Shown one piece after another: positions 14,001-26,095 of a stretch of DNA of 64,000 nucleotides. Within the stretch, counting starts at the first letter, position 1, and the number at the start of each line of letters is the position of its first letter. The position numbers and the translations under genes are program-made. The DNA comes from Eledone cirrhosa. Taxonomy: Eukaryota. The notes below the pieces were generated by a model. It saw only the letters and a list, made by a program, of their open reading frames with translations. It had not been told where the DNA came from and did no database searches. The stretch is from NCBI GenBank assembly GCA_964016885.1, contig OZ024755.1:1550001-1614000 (forward strand). Direction: 5' to 3'.

Positions 14001-17000
14001 GTCAGAGATATAATATATCATCTGGTGATAGTCAAGTTCACAGCAATAACATTCGTGTAACAAGGTTATCACATGTTTTCTGAGAGAGAGGAACTAGAAA
14101 CCAGTTATTTGGAAGAATGTTTTAACACTCCCACCCACACCCCAATCAACATTTTAAGTTATCTCTGTTGCTGCCTCCACAAGAAGAGGGGTTCTTATAA
14201 CATAAAATATAGAGTGACAGTTCAGAGGTCAAGTACTGTACTAATATATACAATAGTATTAAACATACTAGTGTCCAGGAAGATAAATAACATTAAAGAT
14301 AAAATGTGGCAGAGGATTAGAAAGTTAGAATTTATGATAGTGTAAAATAAAAGAGTTTATCTAATCAGCTGCTGACATCATTCTTTTCATTGTAATAAAT
14401 AGAATCCCACAAATCTCGTGGAAATTTCCACAAAAGAAAAGTTGTAATACCATCTCTAAGGGACAATGGCCTTACACAGTGATACTATCTAAGGGACAGT
14501 AGCCTCATACACTGGTACCATCTCTAAGGGACAGTAGCCACATACAGTGGTACTATCTAAGGGACAGTAGCCTTACACAGTGATACTATATCTTTAAGGG
14601 ACAATAGCCTTAGACAGTGATACCATCTCTTTAAGGGACAGTAGCCTCACACAGTGGTGCCATCTAAGGGACAATAGCCTCATACAGTGATACTCTCTAA
14701 GGGACAATAGACTTACACAGTGGTACTCTCTAAGTTGTGTATTTGAGGAACAGTAAAGAGTATTGGACGGCAGAACAACAGCTGTAAGATAAGTAGGCTG
14801 GCTGTGAACCAAATAATGAAGTCTGGGACTAATTGACAGCTGTTCTAGAGAGTCTATCTTGGTCAAACATATGTATGGTCCCGTATTGACATACAGCATT
14901 TCTTAAGCTTGGCAGAGCCCATCCCCTCTCCAGGTCTGAATACAGCAAATTTCTTCTAGACAGAGTGTGAGAAAGAGACACACTGGTACTTTATTTATCG
15001 ACTTGGAAAAGATGACCTCGGTGGGATTTGGACTCAGACAACAGAGAGTTGGAATACCACAAAACATTCTATCTGAGGTTTTAATAACTCTGAAAATTCA
15101 CAATTTACATACAAGACATTGATGTATGAGAAACCTTGGAAATGTTATAGATTCTTGTAAACAAACTATAGTTAATATAAATAATGGTGTAAAATAGCTG
15201 ATAATATAGGGGGAAGACAGACATCAGCTGTTGTTTATTGATATATCATACTATCACTGTGTGATTCACAATCATGCTGTGTTAGTGTTATCTCTAATTA
15301 ATACTAATTAGTCAAGCTTGCAATATATGTAAATAAGTTTTCAATAAAAATAGTTTATAAATGCATGAGAGAATTCTAATACATCATGTATTGTGTTAGA
15401 TTTATCTAAATATTGATTTTATTTCTAATTTACCTGAATAAATCTCGTAGGATAGGGGGCAGGGGCAATGCCACATACAGTGGTACTATCTAAGGGACAG
15501 TAGCCTTACACAGTGATACTATATCTTTAAGGGACAATAGCCTTAGACAGTGATACCATCTCTTTAAGGGACAGTAGCCTCACACAGTGGTGCCATCTAA
15601 GGGACAATAGCCTCATACAGTGATACTCTCTAAGGGACAATAGACTTACACAGTGGTACTCTCTAAGTTGTGTATTTGAGGAACAGTAAAGAGTATTGGA
15701 CGGCAGAACAACAGCTGTAAGATAAGTAGGCTGGCTGTGAACCAAATAATGAAGTCTGGGACTAATTGACAGCTGTTCTAGAGAGTCTATCTTGGTCAAA
15801 CATATGTATGGTCCCGTATTGACATACAGCATTTCTTAAGCTTGGCAGAGCCCATCCCCTCTCCAGGTCTGAATACAGCAAATTTCTTCTAGACAGAGTG
15901 TGAGAAAGAGACACACTGGTACTTTATTTATCGACTTGGAAAAGATGACCTCGGTGGGATTTGGACTCAGACAACAGAGAGTTGGAATACCACAAAACAT
16001 TCTATCTGAGGTTTTAATAACTCTGAAAATTCACAATTTACATACAAGACATTGATGTATGAGAAACCTTGGAAATGTTATAGATTCTTGTAAACAAACT
16101 ATAGTTAATATAAATAATGGTGTAAAATAGCTGATAATATAGGGGGAAGACAGACATCAGCTGTTGTTTATTGATATATCATACTATCACTGTGTGATTC
16201 ACAATCATGCTGTGTTAGTGTTATCTCTAATTAATACTAATTAGTCAAGCTTGCAATATATGTAAATAAGTTTTCAATAAAAATAGTTTATAAATGCATG
16301 AGAGAATTCTAATACATCATGTATTGTGTTAGATTTATCTAAATATTGATTTTATTTCTAATTTACCTGAATAAATCTCGTAGGATAGGGGGCAGGGGCA
16401 ATGCCACATACAGTGGTACTATCTAAGGGACAGTAGCCTTACACAGTGATACTATATCTTTAAGGGACAATAGCCTTAGACAGTGATACCATCTCTTTAA
16501 GGGACAGTAGCCTCACACAGTGGTGCCATCTAAGGGACAATAGCCTCATACAGTGATACTCTCTAAGGGACAATAGACTTACACAGTGGTACTCTCTAAG
16601 TTGTGTATTTGAGGAACAGTAAAGAGTATTGGACGGCAGAACAACAGCTGTAAGATAAGTAGGCTGGCTGTGAACCAAATAATGAAGTCTGGGACTAATT
16701 GACAGCTGTTCTAGAGAGTCTATCTTGGTCAAACATATGTATGGTCCCGTATTGACATACAGCATTTCTTAAGCTTGGCAGAGCCCATCCCCTCTCCAGG
16801 TCTGAATACAGCAAATTTCTTCTAGACAGAGTGTGAGAAAGAGACACACTGGTACTTTATTTATCGACTTGGAAAAGATGACCTCGGTGGGATTTGGACT
16901 CAGACAACAGAGAGTTGGAATACCACAAAACATTCTATCTGAGGTTTTAATAACTCTGAAAATTCACAATTTACATACAAGACATTGATGTATGAGAAAC

Positions 17001-20000
17001 CTTGGAAATGTTATAGATTCTTGTAAACAAACTATAGTTAATATAAATAATGGTGTAAAATAGCTGATAATATAGGGGGAAGACAGACATCAGCTGTTGT
17101 TTATTGATATATCATACTATCACTGTGTGATTCACAATCATGCTGTGTTAGTGTTATCTCTAATTAATACTAATTAGTCAAGCTTGCAATATATGTAAAT
17201 AAGTTTTCAATAAAAATAGTTTATAAATACATGAGAGACTTCTAATACATCATGTATTGTGTTAGATTTATCTAAATATTGATTTTATTTCTAATTTACC
17301 TGAATAAATCTCGTAGGATAGGGGGCAGGGGCAATAGACAAGATCCCACATTCACTGACCAAGTGGGGTGAAACTCATCAAATCGGACCAAGGAAACAAT
17401 GTTTCCATTAGTTTTTCCATTGCTGATACTATCGACCGGTCACAACGTGAAAGAAAGTATCTTGCTCATAACATCATAACAGATTGTCCAGTCCAGGAAT
17501 CGAACGCACAACCTCTCAATTGTGAATCCAATTCTTTAACCACTAAGCCACACACCTTCACTTACCTGAATAAATTTCAACATTGATGGATCTGGATCAC
17601 TGGCCCAAATATTTGAAGGTTGTACAATACCTGTTAGGAGTAGAAAATGTCAAAGATATGACAGATGTAACCCTTTTAATACCAACCTACCCGAAACCGC
17701 ACCTGGTTTCTATGATGTAAAACTTCCTATTTTAAAATGTTTAGATTTAAACTAAAATTGTCAATCATAAATTTTATCTCAGAATATTTTGTTAAATGAA
17801 ATTGTGTTCTAAACACCATCTTTGTTCTTCACTGGTTAACGTCCATTTTTCCATGCTAGCATGGGTTACATGAGTTGTCCTGTTATGAGACATACCAGAT
17901 TCGATGACCATGCCTTGCTTATACAGAACTGATTTTGGCTTGGTTTCTATGGCTGGATGCCCTTCCTAATGCCAACCATATTTACATTTATTAAATCCCT
18001 CCAATTTTTTTTTATTAAGTTGAAATCATAGGCAGTATATCTCATCAAAAATAAGGTCAGGGAAGGGTTTAAATTGGAAACCTAAATAAATATTTTCATT
18101 ACAATATTTCATCAAAGTCTATGAAGTCATTATTATCTTAACATCCATTTTACTCATCTATTTTCTAGGAAACAGAAATTGTTCACTAAATACACCCTCC
18201 TGGGTATATTTACAAGCTGTATTAAATCTTCTACATTCAGCGTCAATATTTTACTACAATTGAACATTAAACTTACACAAGCTTCACACAATATATTCTT
18301 TACAGTTAGAGAACTGTTTTGATACCAACAGAGGTAACAGCTTCCTTAATGTCTAAACCATTCTTAGTAAATATAATTTTATTATAACCACTTATAATAT
18401 TATTTACATTAACTAATAATAAGTTATTTAAACTCTTCATGTTTGTCAGTTCATGGCTGCTCATGTACGAACTATCCTTGTAAAACTGACACACAAAATC
18501 AATTTAAATGAAAAACAAATAAATGAGGCCATTTCCACAAGACGTTGCTTCGCATGTTCAGAAGAATTTGACACTAATGGAAATAGAAATACACTATATC
18601 ATAAATAATTTTTGGGGAAGAGTTCCATTAAATTCCTCATTGAATCTGGTGACAAAACCAGTTTTGTATCAGCCACTGGGCGTTAGTTCTTCATCAGAAG
18701 ATAGAAAGAGAAATAGAAAGATAGACGAGTGTATAAAAAGGAAGAAATGAAAAAAAAAAAATGTTATGCAAAGAAAGCATATGTCTGCTTAGTTAGCCAT
18801 ATATATATATTAGGTTAGAAATATGGTGGTGGTGGAGATGATGATAGTGTTGTTGACTGGCTTTAGTGATAGTGGTGATGAAAAAATAATTGAATTGTAT
18901 AACACAGTTAATCTGTGGAGCAACAACAACAATATGGAATAACAATAGTTTTACATTGTAAAGGTTACAAAAAGTAGTTCAATATTAGGTAAAAAGTTTA
19001 AATTTACTTAAAATGTCACAAGGGGGAAGGGAGTGGAGGCCAACTATTTTCTCTGAATTTAACAGGATGTAATGGTGTTTGGATGAAGGACAGAAAATAT
19101 TTTAATGATGCTCAGCTTTATATTCAATACAAACATTTACTAACAACAACTTAAAGAGGTCACTAATTTCATTTTTATTTATTTATTTTGCTAGGTTATT
19201 TTCCCATAAAGACACAAACATATCCTGTAACTTAGCAGTCCGACAAAAGATCAATAAGTACCAGACTTAAAAGTGGTGCCCCAGCATGGCCACAGTCCAA
19301 TGGCTGAAACTAATAAAAGAATACTAAACTAAAATAATAATATAAGAGAGTCTTCTTCCAAAGTAAACAAAACTGTTGGCTTTCATGATGAGTGTTTCAC
19401 TTTTTTGAGCAATGGAACAGTCTGTAAGATATAGGAGAAGAATCAACTCCAGTACATGACTGGTACTTTTGTATTGACTCCGAAATGATGAAAGACAAAG
19501 TTGACCTGGGTGGGATTAGAACATGCTAGTTCTTACTCACGCTGTGTGGAAGATGGACGTTAAACAATGATGAGCTGAAAGCCAGAACAAATACCCCAAA
19601 ATATTCTATCTGATGTTTATAGCTAGTTATAAATGTGGGATTTGAACTGATAGAGCAGAGAGGCAGAACTGACATTCATAGCCAGCTATAAATGTTACAA
19701 CTTGTTTTTGATCCAAATTATTTATTGTTCAACGAGGGAGAGTGTTTCTATAGAAACAGACACTGCCAATATAATGGAAACATTCCACACCTTAAAGTTG
19801 TTTTTCCTCATGTTTTTGTAAACTTAGAAGTTGACATCACAGAACATGGATATTTAGAATAATAATAATCATCATCATCATTGTTGTTTTAATGTCAGCT
19901 TTCCCTGCTAGCAAGGGTTGGACAGGTCCAAATAATAATAAAATCATTAATCACACAGGGAACATAACACTGTTACTAAGTTTACATAAGATAAAATAAA

Positions 20001-22096
20001 AACTGCTTTGTTAATACCTATGACAAAAATTCTAATGATTTGTTTGTGTGGCATTAAACAGATCAAAATATAGGATGAGGTTAACAGGGTTTTATTTAGC
20101 CCAGGTGTGTATTGACAGGGGACCAGTTCCAATAGTATTTCCATAGTATTGTTATTCTCTCTTCTAATGTTATAAACTATGACCTTTGGGTAACTTAGTA
20201 TTCTTTTGTTCTGAATTTGTAATTATCATCATCACCAGTTCCATTGGTCCAATCTGACAAGTTTCACCTTGGTAAGTGAATAAGGTCTGGGATGTTGTTG
20301 ATTCAGATCAATATTGTGTTAGGAAGGGTATCCAGCTGTAGAAATCAAGCCAGAATCAGTTCCCGTATGAGCAAGACAAGGTCAGCCGACTGGACACTGC
20401 CCACAACAGGACAACCCGTCTAACCCATGTTAGCGTGGAAAAACGGACATAAAATGGTGGTGATGACGATATATATATAAGCAAAGGGATATTTAATTTG
20501 TTGTTAATTCAACAAATATATATATTCGAAGCACTCACTCAACAGTTTCCATTTATTAATATCATTGATATATATATATATAGTTATGTAATAAACAACA
20601 TAAGATAATTATTTCATTTACCAGTGGTTTCTTGAAAGCAAACAAAATTTGCTTTCAATCATCAGAATGAAAAAATCCTGGTGTATTCATTGACAGTGGA
20701 TTTTTCATTCTGATGATTGAAAGCAAATTTTGTTTGCTTTCAAGAAACCACTGGTAAATGAAATAATTATCTTATGTTGTTTATTACATAACTATTAAGC
20801 TCTGTAACCTACATAGAGCACTCTTTTTTCCTGAACCTTTCCGACGGAATTACTTCATTCACACACATATATATATACATAATTTCGTCAACATAACCAT
20901 AATCTAAGTGTCTCCGCAAATTTTCATTAAAAAAATATGCATTAATAAAGAAAGTCGCCAATATTCTGGGAGGAGACTGTAATTTGAAATAATTCGAAGA
21001 AACATGGGGGGGGGGGGTAGCATTGAAAAAAGGGAGGAAGGAGACAAGGTGGTGGTGTCATCCAGTACATACACACCCTCCTTCCCTCGGCGACGACCAC
21101 ATCCTAGGAAATTACGAAAAATAAAATAAAACTAAGGCTTGGCAACAGTAACAGTGTCTAGCAGTAACTAAAACATGCAGCCTAAACTAAAATAGAGAAA
21201 AAGAATGAAAGGCAAAGTTAACCTCGGCGGGATTTGAACTCAGACCGTAAAGGGCCGTGACTCTACACTGCATAGCATGTCGTGAAACAATAATGCTGAT
21301 GATTTAAGAGAATTAACTACAAACAATATTTTTATTCCGTTTAACACTCGGACATATTATTTCTGGGATATAATTAGATAAAAATATTTTGGCAACATCT
21401 AATAAAAACAACACAATTTTAAAGGGAACAGAAATTGAAAGAAAATAAAGGAACAACGAAAGATAGGGAGAAGAGACAGACATTCCACCCCAGTCAGAGC
21501 TGTGACACAGCCACAACCACGAGGATAGAATGGCAAAGGTGACACCGTAGAGAATTGACTAAGTGTCGATCTGACAAAAGGAGAAATAGAAGACACCAAG
21601 ACATGGAATTTGTTTCCATATGTACATCACATTTATTAAAGAGGAAAGTGAAAGGAAAACGTCATTTCCTACACATTATATACAGGGTGTCCTCCAAAAA
21701 TGTATACATATATTTATTAGAACACTGTTGAAGTGTGTATACATTTTTGGGACACCTTGTATATATATATTGTCTCCTTTCTTCATTCATAAGTTCCTAT
21801 ATTTGTTTCTACTTTAGGCGCAAGGCCAGCAATTTGAAGGGAAGTGAGGGGAAAGTCGATTAAATCGACCCCAGTACGTTACTGGTACTTTATTTTATCG
21901 ACCCTGTAATGAGGAAAGGCAAAGCTAACATCGACTGGATCTGAGTTCAAAACGTAAAGGGGCGAAACTACATGCCGCAAAACATGTTTTCCGATGTTCT
22001 ACCGACTCTGGCAATTCACCGCAAGATCCTAAATTAAAAAGAATATTAAAGTTTGGATCACTCTATCATCTATCTATCTATCTGTGGGAGAGAGAG

Positions 22097-22177
<81 letters not shown>

Positions 22178-22516
22178 CTGTGTGTGTGTGTGTGTGTGGG
22201 AGAGAGAGACTGTGTGTGAGAGAGAGAGTTAATTATTTTAGTGAGAATATTTTTGATGTTCCAAAGATGGAGAGTTAGAAAACATTAAAATTGATATTCT
22301 ATAATCGAGTCTAAAAAAGACTCGATGGTCATGGCTGGAGCGCCTTGGATCAGCCAAGACAGAACTGGAGGTAAATATTATCATGGTTATTAAAACTATA
22401 TCGGAGATATAACGGTAAAGTGTGTTGAATGTTGAATACAAAAGTAATTTATTCACCGACAGCGTTAATTAAATATGTGACAGGTAGTTGGTAATATTAC
22501 TTTATCTAAGACTACA

Positions 22517-22563
<47 letters not shown>

Positions 22564-22858
22564 AGAATGGTTGCTTGGATGCGTCCATAGGCGGTTTGCC
22601 GGTTGAGCACTCTATGCTCCTTTGGAGCAGAGTATAATAATAATATGGAAAACGAAGAATCGGAACACAATTTATTACGTATTACAATTGTTTCTCCGGC
22701 GAACAGCTCGAGGTACGATCTGGACTCTGGTTCGAACCTGACTCTGGATTCGCAAGTCCCTCAGATCCATTAACAGATCGCACCTCGAGCTGTTCGTCGG
22801 AGAAACAATTGTAATACGTAATAAATTGTGTTCCGATGCATCACTGATTCTTCGTTTT

Positions 22859-22892
<34 letters not shown>

Positions 22893-23638
22893 ATTGTGCT
22901 TCTAACCATTCCAGCTGTGGTTAGAATTGCCTTTCATTTTTACAGATCTATAAAATAAAATACCAGTAACGCACTGGGGAATTTATTTAATCGATTCTCC
23001 CCTCCCCTTTAAATTGCTGGCCTTGTGCCCCAAAGTAGAAACAGTTATAATTCTATTCGTATCTGCGGTGCCTTATAGAGAATCTGCTATTTTTTATTGA
23101 GCCCCTTTCTGGCCAAAAACTCTCTTTAATTGCCAACTTGTCAAATATTTATCAGAGGTCATATATAGGTAGAGGCCAAACGGCTCAGTCGTACATTCGC
23201 ATGTTTTACTTACATATTGTCTTTTAGTTTTGAAATTTTAGAAAACAAACAACTATATTTTAAGAAACTAAAATATAAGACTCGTAGAGAACAAACAGAT
23301 AAAATTCTTGGGGGAAAAACACAAACCCCTCCCAAAACAGATGCGATTAAATTAAAATAAATCGCGAAATTTTGAAGTTATTTACATTTTTACCACAACA
23401 TAAATGTCAAATATAATTCAAAGATTCTCAGTAAATTCTTTGATTTAAATGAAAAAGTAGAATATAATGTTGTATAAATTAAAACAAAGAAGGAAGGAGA
23501 AAAACATAGTTTAGAGATGAATGAGAACCTACCTCCTGTAATAAGGCCTCTAGCCATGGCCTGGGCCATGCGACCAGCACCGAGAAAACCAACCATGATA
23601 TTGGCTGGGATGTCGCATCGCTTTCGTCTATTCGACAT
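11080..23638 (-). CDS. PYCR3: Pyrroline-5-carboxylate reductase (ProC family, PYCR3-like: 6 exons, no C-terminal tail), 280 aa; exons 23533-23638, 17566-17630, 12776-12955, 12276-12488, 11720-11812, 11080-11265
   Basis: Rossmann motif [12 protein letters not shown]; FIAVKP; VSIAAGI; RVMPNTP; [10 protein letters not shown]; [15 protein letters not shown]; [17 protein letters not shown]. All introns are GT-AG with consistent phase, total 843 nt. Family assignment is secure; PYCR3 versus PYCR1/2 orthology is less so. Confidence 0.9.
13338..13523. mobile_element. piggyBac-like MITE family 1 copy
   Basis: TTAA-CACTAAGCATTTA ... TAAATGCTAAAGGG-TTAA; internal sequence shared with five other copies. 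Confidence 0.8.
14448..14732. repeat. ~30-32-bp minisatellite (ATCTAAGGGACARTAGCCTYACACAGTGRTAC), also carried in the 933-bp repeat units
   Basis: About 9 degenerate tandem units. Confidence 0.9.
14537..17335. repeat. 933-bp tandem triplication in PYCR intron 2 (units 14537-15469, 15470-16402, 16403-17335)
   Basis: Identical ORFs at 14594, 15527 and 16460 give a period of 933. The third unit differs at a few positions (e.g. AAATAC/GAGACT versus AAATGC/GAGAAT). Confidence 0.97.
17310..17561 (-). mobile_element. tRNA-derived SINE with 14-bp target-site duplication (TTACCTGAATAAAT, 17296-17309 and 17562-17575)
   Basis: Minus strand starts GTGAAGGTGTGTGGCTTAGTGGTTAAAG...CGTTCGATTCC (A/B boxes) and is flanked by a perfect direct repeat. 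Confidence 0.85.
20612..20672 (-). ncRNA. Type I hammerhead ribozyme motif, minus-strand copy (sense to PYCR pre-mRNA)
   Basis: Exact reverse complement of 20703-20763, lying in the left arm of the palindrome 20580-20795. Confidence 0.75.
20703..20763 (+). ncRNA. Type I hammerhead ribozyme motif (Penelope-like), plus-strand copy
   Basis: Stem I TTTCATT/AATGAAA; core CTGATGA 20710-20716; 11-bp stem II TTGAAAGCAAA/TTTGCTTTCAA; GAAA 20744-20747; short stem III ACC-act-GGT; GUA cleavage triplet ending at 20756. Confidence 0.75.
21683..21759. mobile_element. Tc1/mariner-type mini-MITE
   Basis: TA-CAGGGTGTCCTCCAAAAATGTATACA ... TGTATACATTTTTGGGACACCTTG-TA: ~25-bp imperfect terminal inverted repeats (TIRs) with TA flanks. 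Confidence 0.75.
21815..22025 (-). mobile_element. Second SINE family (core GAGTTCAAATCCCGCCGAGG...GGTCGATAAAATAAAGTACCAG); other copies near 24797-24895, 26415-26508, 33445-33545, 42485-42618, 48850-49075, 56225-56545, 60318-60480
   Basis: Recurrent dispersed sequence with A-box-like TGGCAGAATCGG, B-box-like GAGTTCAAATCC and a shared 3' end CCTTGTGCCAAAAGTAGAAAC. Confidence 0.75.
22643..22864. repeat. Fold-back inverted repeat (arms 22643-22722 and 22774-22864), probable Penelope-like terminal-repeat remnant
   Basis: ~80-bp arms with 2 mismatches and an 11-nt insertion; both arms carry GAAACAATTGTA followed by AATAAA pointing outward. Confidence 0.85.
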
Positions 23639-23724
23639 AGTCAAAATTTAAGGTTAAAGGTTATAAAAACTAAAATCCCCGTCACTTAATTAGCCTTAAA
23701 ATAATGTGAACAGAAGCTGAAAAT

Positions 23725-23883
23725 AGGAGGAGCTCTCTTGTGAATAAGGTAAATAATACCGAGTTATCGATAATTAGAGGAGGAGCTCTCTTGTGAATAA
23801 GGTAAATAATACCGAGTTATCGATAATTAGAGGAGGAGCTCTCTTGTAAATAAGGTAAGTAATGCTGAGTTATCAATAATTAG
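23725..23883. repeat. 53-bp tandem repeat x3 in PYCR promoter/5' UTR region
   Basis: AGGAGGAGCTCTCTTGTGAATAAGGTAAATAATACCGAGTTATCGATAATTAG at 23725, 23778 and 23831. Confidence 0.92.
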
Positions 23884-24241
23884 ATTCCGCCCAACAATCA
23901 ATCAAATATATTATTAAAAGGTTTTATTTTTATAGAAACTTTCTCAATGAAAAACACAATTTCTTGCTGTTTCTTCTAACACTTCCTCCATGAAACAACT
24001 TTTGTTGTTTTTTATTTTATAAACCGATACATTTATATTTTAAACACTTCTATTGTTGCTATCTCTGGCGTGATTATCAATTTACTTTCTATTTTGTATA
24101 TTATTTAATTTAGTGGGGTTTTTTGGTTTGTTATAAAACTAGGTGTTTTAATCTCGTATTTTTCTTTAGTAAATGGGGAATAAGATATTGTGAGGTGTAA
24201 ACTTTCCTCTGGAGTATTAGCAGTATTATTGGACATTTCTA

Positions 24242-24525
24242 AAGTCTGTCTCGAGCCCAGAGACTCATCAGGCCGGTGCTTAGCCCGGTTTCTGTGGGTT
24301 TAAAGCGACTGAGAGTACAAGACTCTTCCACCCCACACTGAACAGGGCACCAGTCCATCGCAGGGTTAAATCCGTCAGCTATTACTGGTACTCATTTTCA
24401 GCTGAGTAAATTGGAGCAACGTGAAATGAAGTGTTTTTCTCAAGAACACAACACACAGCTCAGGAACCGAACCCACGACATTATGACCGTTAAGTCCAAT
24501 ACTCTTACCACTAAGCCATGCGCCT
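24242..24525 (-). mobile_element. Near full-length tRNA-derived SINE with L2-like 3' tail
   Basis: Head TGGCTTAGTGGTAAG...GGTTCGGTTCC, central CAGCTGAAAATGAGTACC, tail GAAACCGGGCTAAGCACCGGCCTGATGAG...GGCTCGAGACAGACTTT. Confidence 0.75.
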
Positions 24526-25194
24526 ATACTGGACATATATCGAAAGGAGATCGCCATTTGGAACTACGGGACGTTTACCTTCTGCTCAACAACAGGCACC
24601 ATATAACTTATTCCATGACGATTTCTAAAGCTGTTCGTGTTCTTGTAGGAGAAATACAGATAGGAAATTGTAGACTTTGATGCAGTCAATTATGATAAAT
24701 CAATGTAAAGCAACAGATGGTCTTTAGAGAAACGGACCTTTCGAAACCGGGAATCAAAATAATTGTGCCGTGGTAAATTACTGGTACAGTGATTTAGTGG
24801 GTTGGTAGAATCGGTAGAGCGTCGGACAATATGCTTTGCAGCAGCGTAGAGTTACATCTCTTTATAAATCCTACTGAGATTAGCTTTACCTTTCAGGAGG
24901 GAGTGAGGAGGAGGGGTGACCGAGACGTCTTGTTCCAATTATACTTCACTTTATTCTCTTCAGAATAGAGGGGGGGGGGGGGGGGCTTTAATTAAGGGAA
25001 ATCAAAAAGAAAAAAGAAGTTAGCTAGAATTCCTAATTATTTTGTTATTTAAATATTGAACGTGTGATGAAGAGTGGAGACCAGTTTAACGGGGTTACTG
25101 GAAGATAATGAGGACATATTAATTGTAAATCAAGATTTTAATCACGTTAATGAAAGAGAAAAATCTACATTTCCCATAGAAAAACAGTGAGGTA

Positions 25195-26095
25195 GTGTGT
25201 GAGAGTGAATGTGTGTGTGAGTGGGTATGTATGTGTGTGTGAGTTTGTGTGTATGTGTGTGTGAGTGGGTTTGTGTGTATGTGTGTGTTAGTGGGTATGT
25301 GTGTGTGAGTTTGTGTGTTAGTGGGAATGTGTGTATGTGTGAGTGGGTTTGTGTGTGTGTGTGTGTGAGTGGGTTTGTGTGTGTTAGTGGGTATGTGTGA
25401 GTGGGTTTGTGTGTATGTGTGTGTGAGTGGGTATGTGTGTGTGAGTTTGTGTGTTAGTGGGTTTGTGTGTATGTGTGTGTTAGTGGGTATGTGTGAGTTT
25501 GTGTGTGTGTGAGTGGGTATGTGAGAGTGAATGAGTGTGTGTTGGACCTCCATCAGTTGTCATGGCAAATGTTCTGGTTGGTTGAACAACAGACCAGCCA
25601 GCTTGTGAAACTGACATATGTAGCCTTAACATAGTTCTCAGGGAGATTCAGTACATCACAATATGTAACAAGGTTGGCCCTTTGAATTACAGGTATGGCT
25701 CACTGGACTGGAGCAACGTGAAATAAAGTGTCCTTCTCGTGGACAGTGTGACCACCACTAAGATTTTAACTCCTGACTTCCTGATCATGAGCCAAACACT
25801 ATAGCTTGTAAGTCACCTGTCTTTATGGCACGTGTACACACATACACACACACAAGTACATACACACAGACAAGTACACACATACACAAGTACATACACA
25901 CATACACACAGACAAGTACACACATACACAAGTACATACACACATACACACAGACAAGTACACACATACACACAGACAAGTACACACATACACAAGTACA
26001 TACACACATACACACAGACAAGTACACACACACACAAGTACATACACACATACAAGTACACACATACACAAGTACATACATACATACACACAGGT
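25195..26095. repeat. GT/CA-rich compound microsatellites (25195-25541 and 25832-26095)
   Basis: Low-complexity GTGTGAGTGGG and ACACAAGTACAT arrays; source of many spurious ORFs. Confidence 0.9.

Noticed and set aside
14594-16765. Three identical 101-aa ORFs as a gene cluster
   Set aside because: A product of the 933-bp triplication reading through a minisatellite; no recognisable domain.
24242-24295. CTGATGAG near GAAAC/GAGAC as a hammerhead (also 49880-49935)
   Set aside because: Part of the L2-like SINE tail; no stem I/III pairing or valid cleavage triplet.
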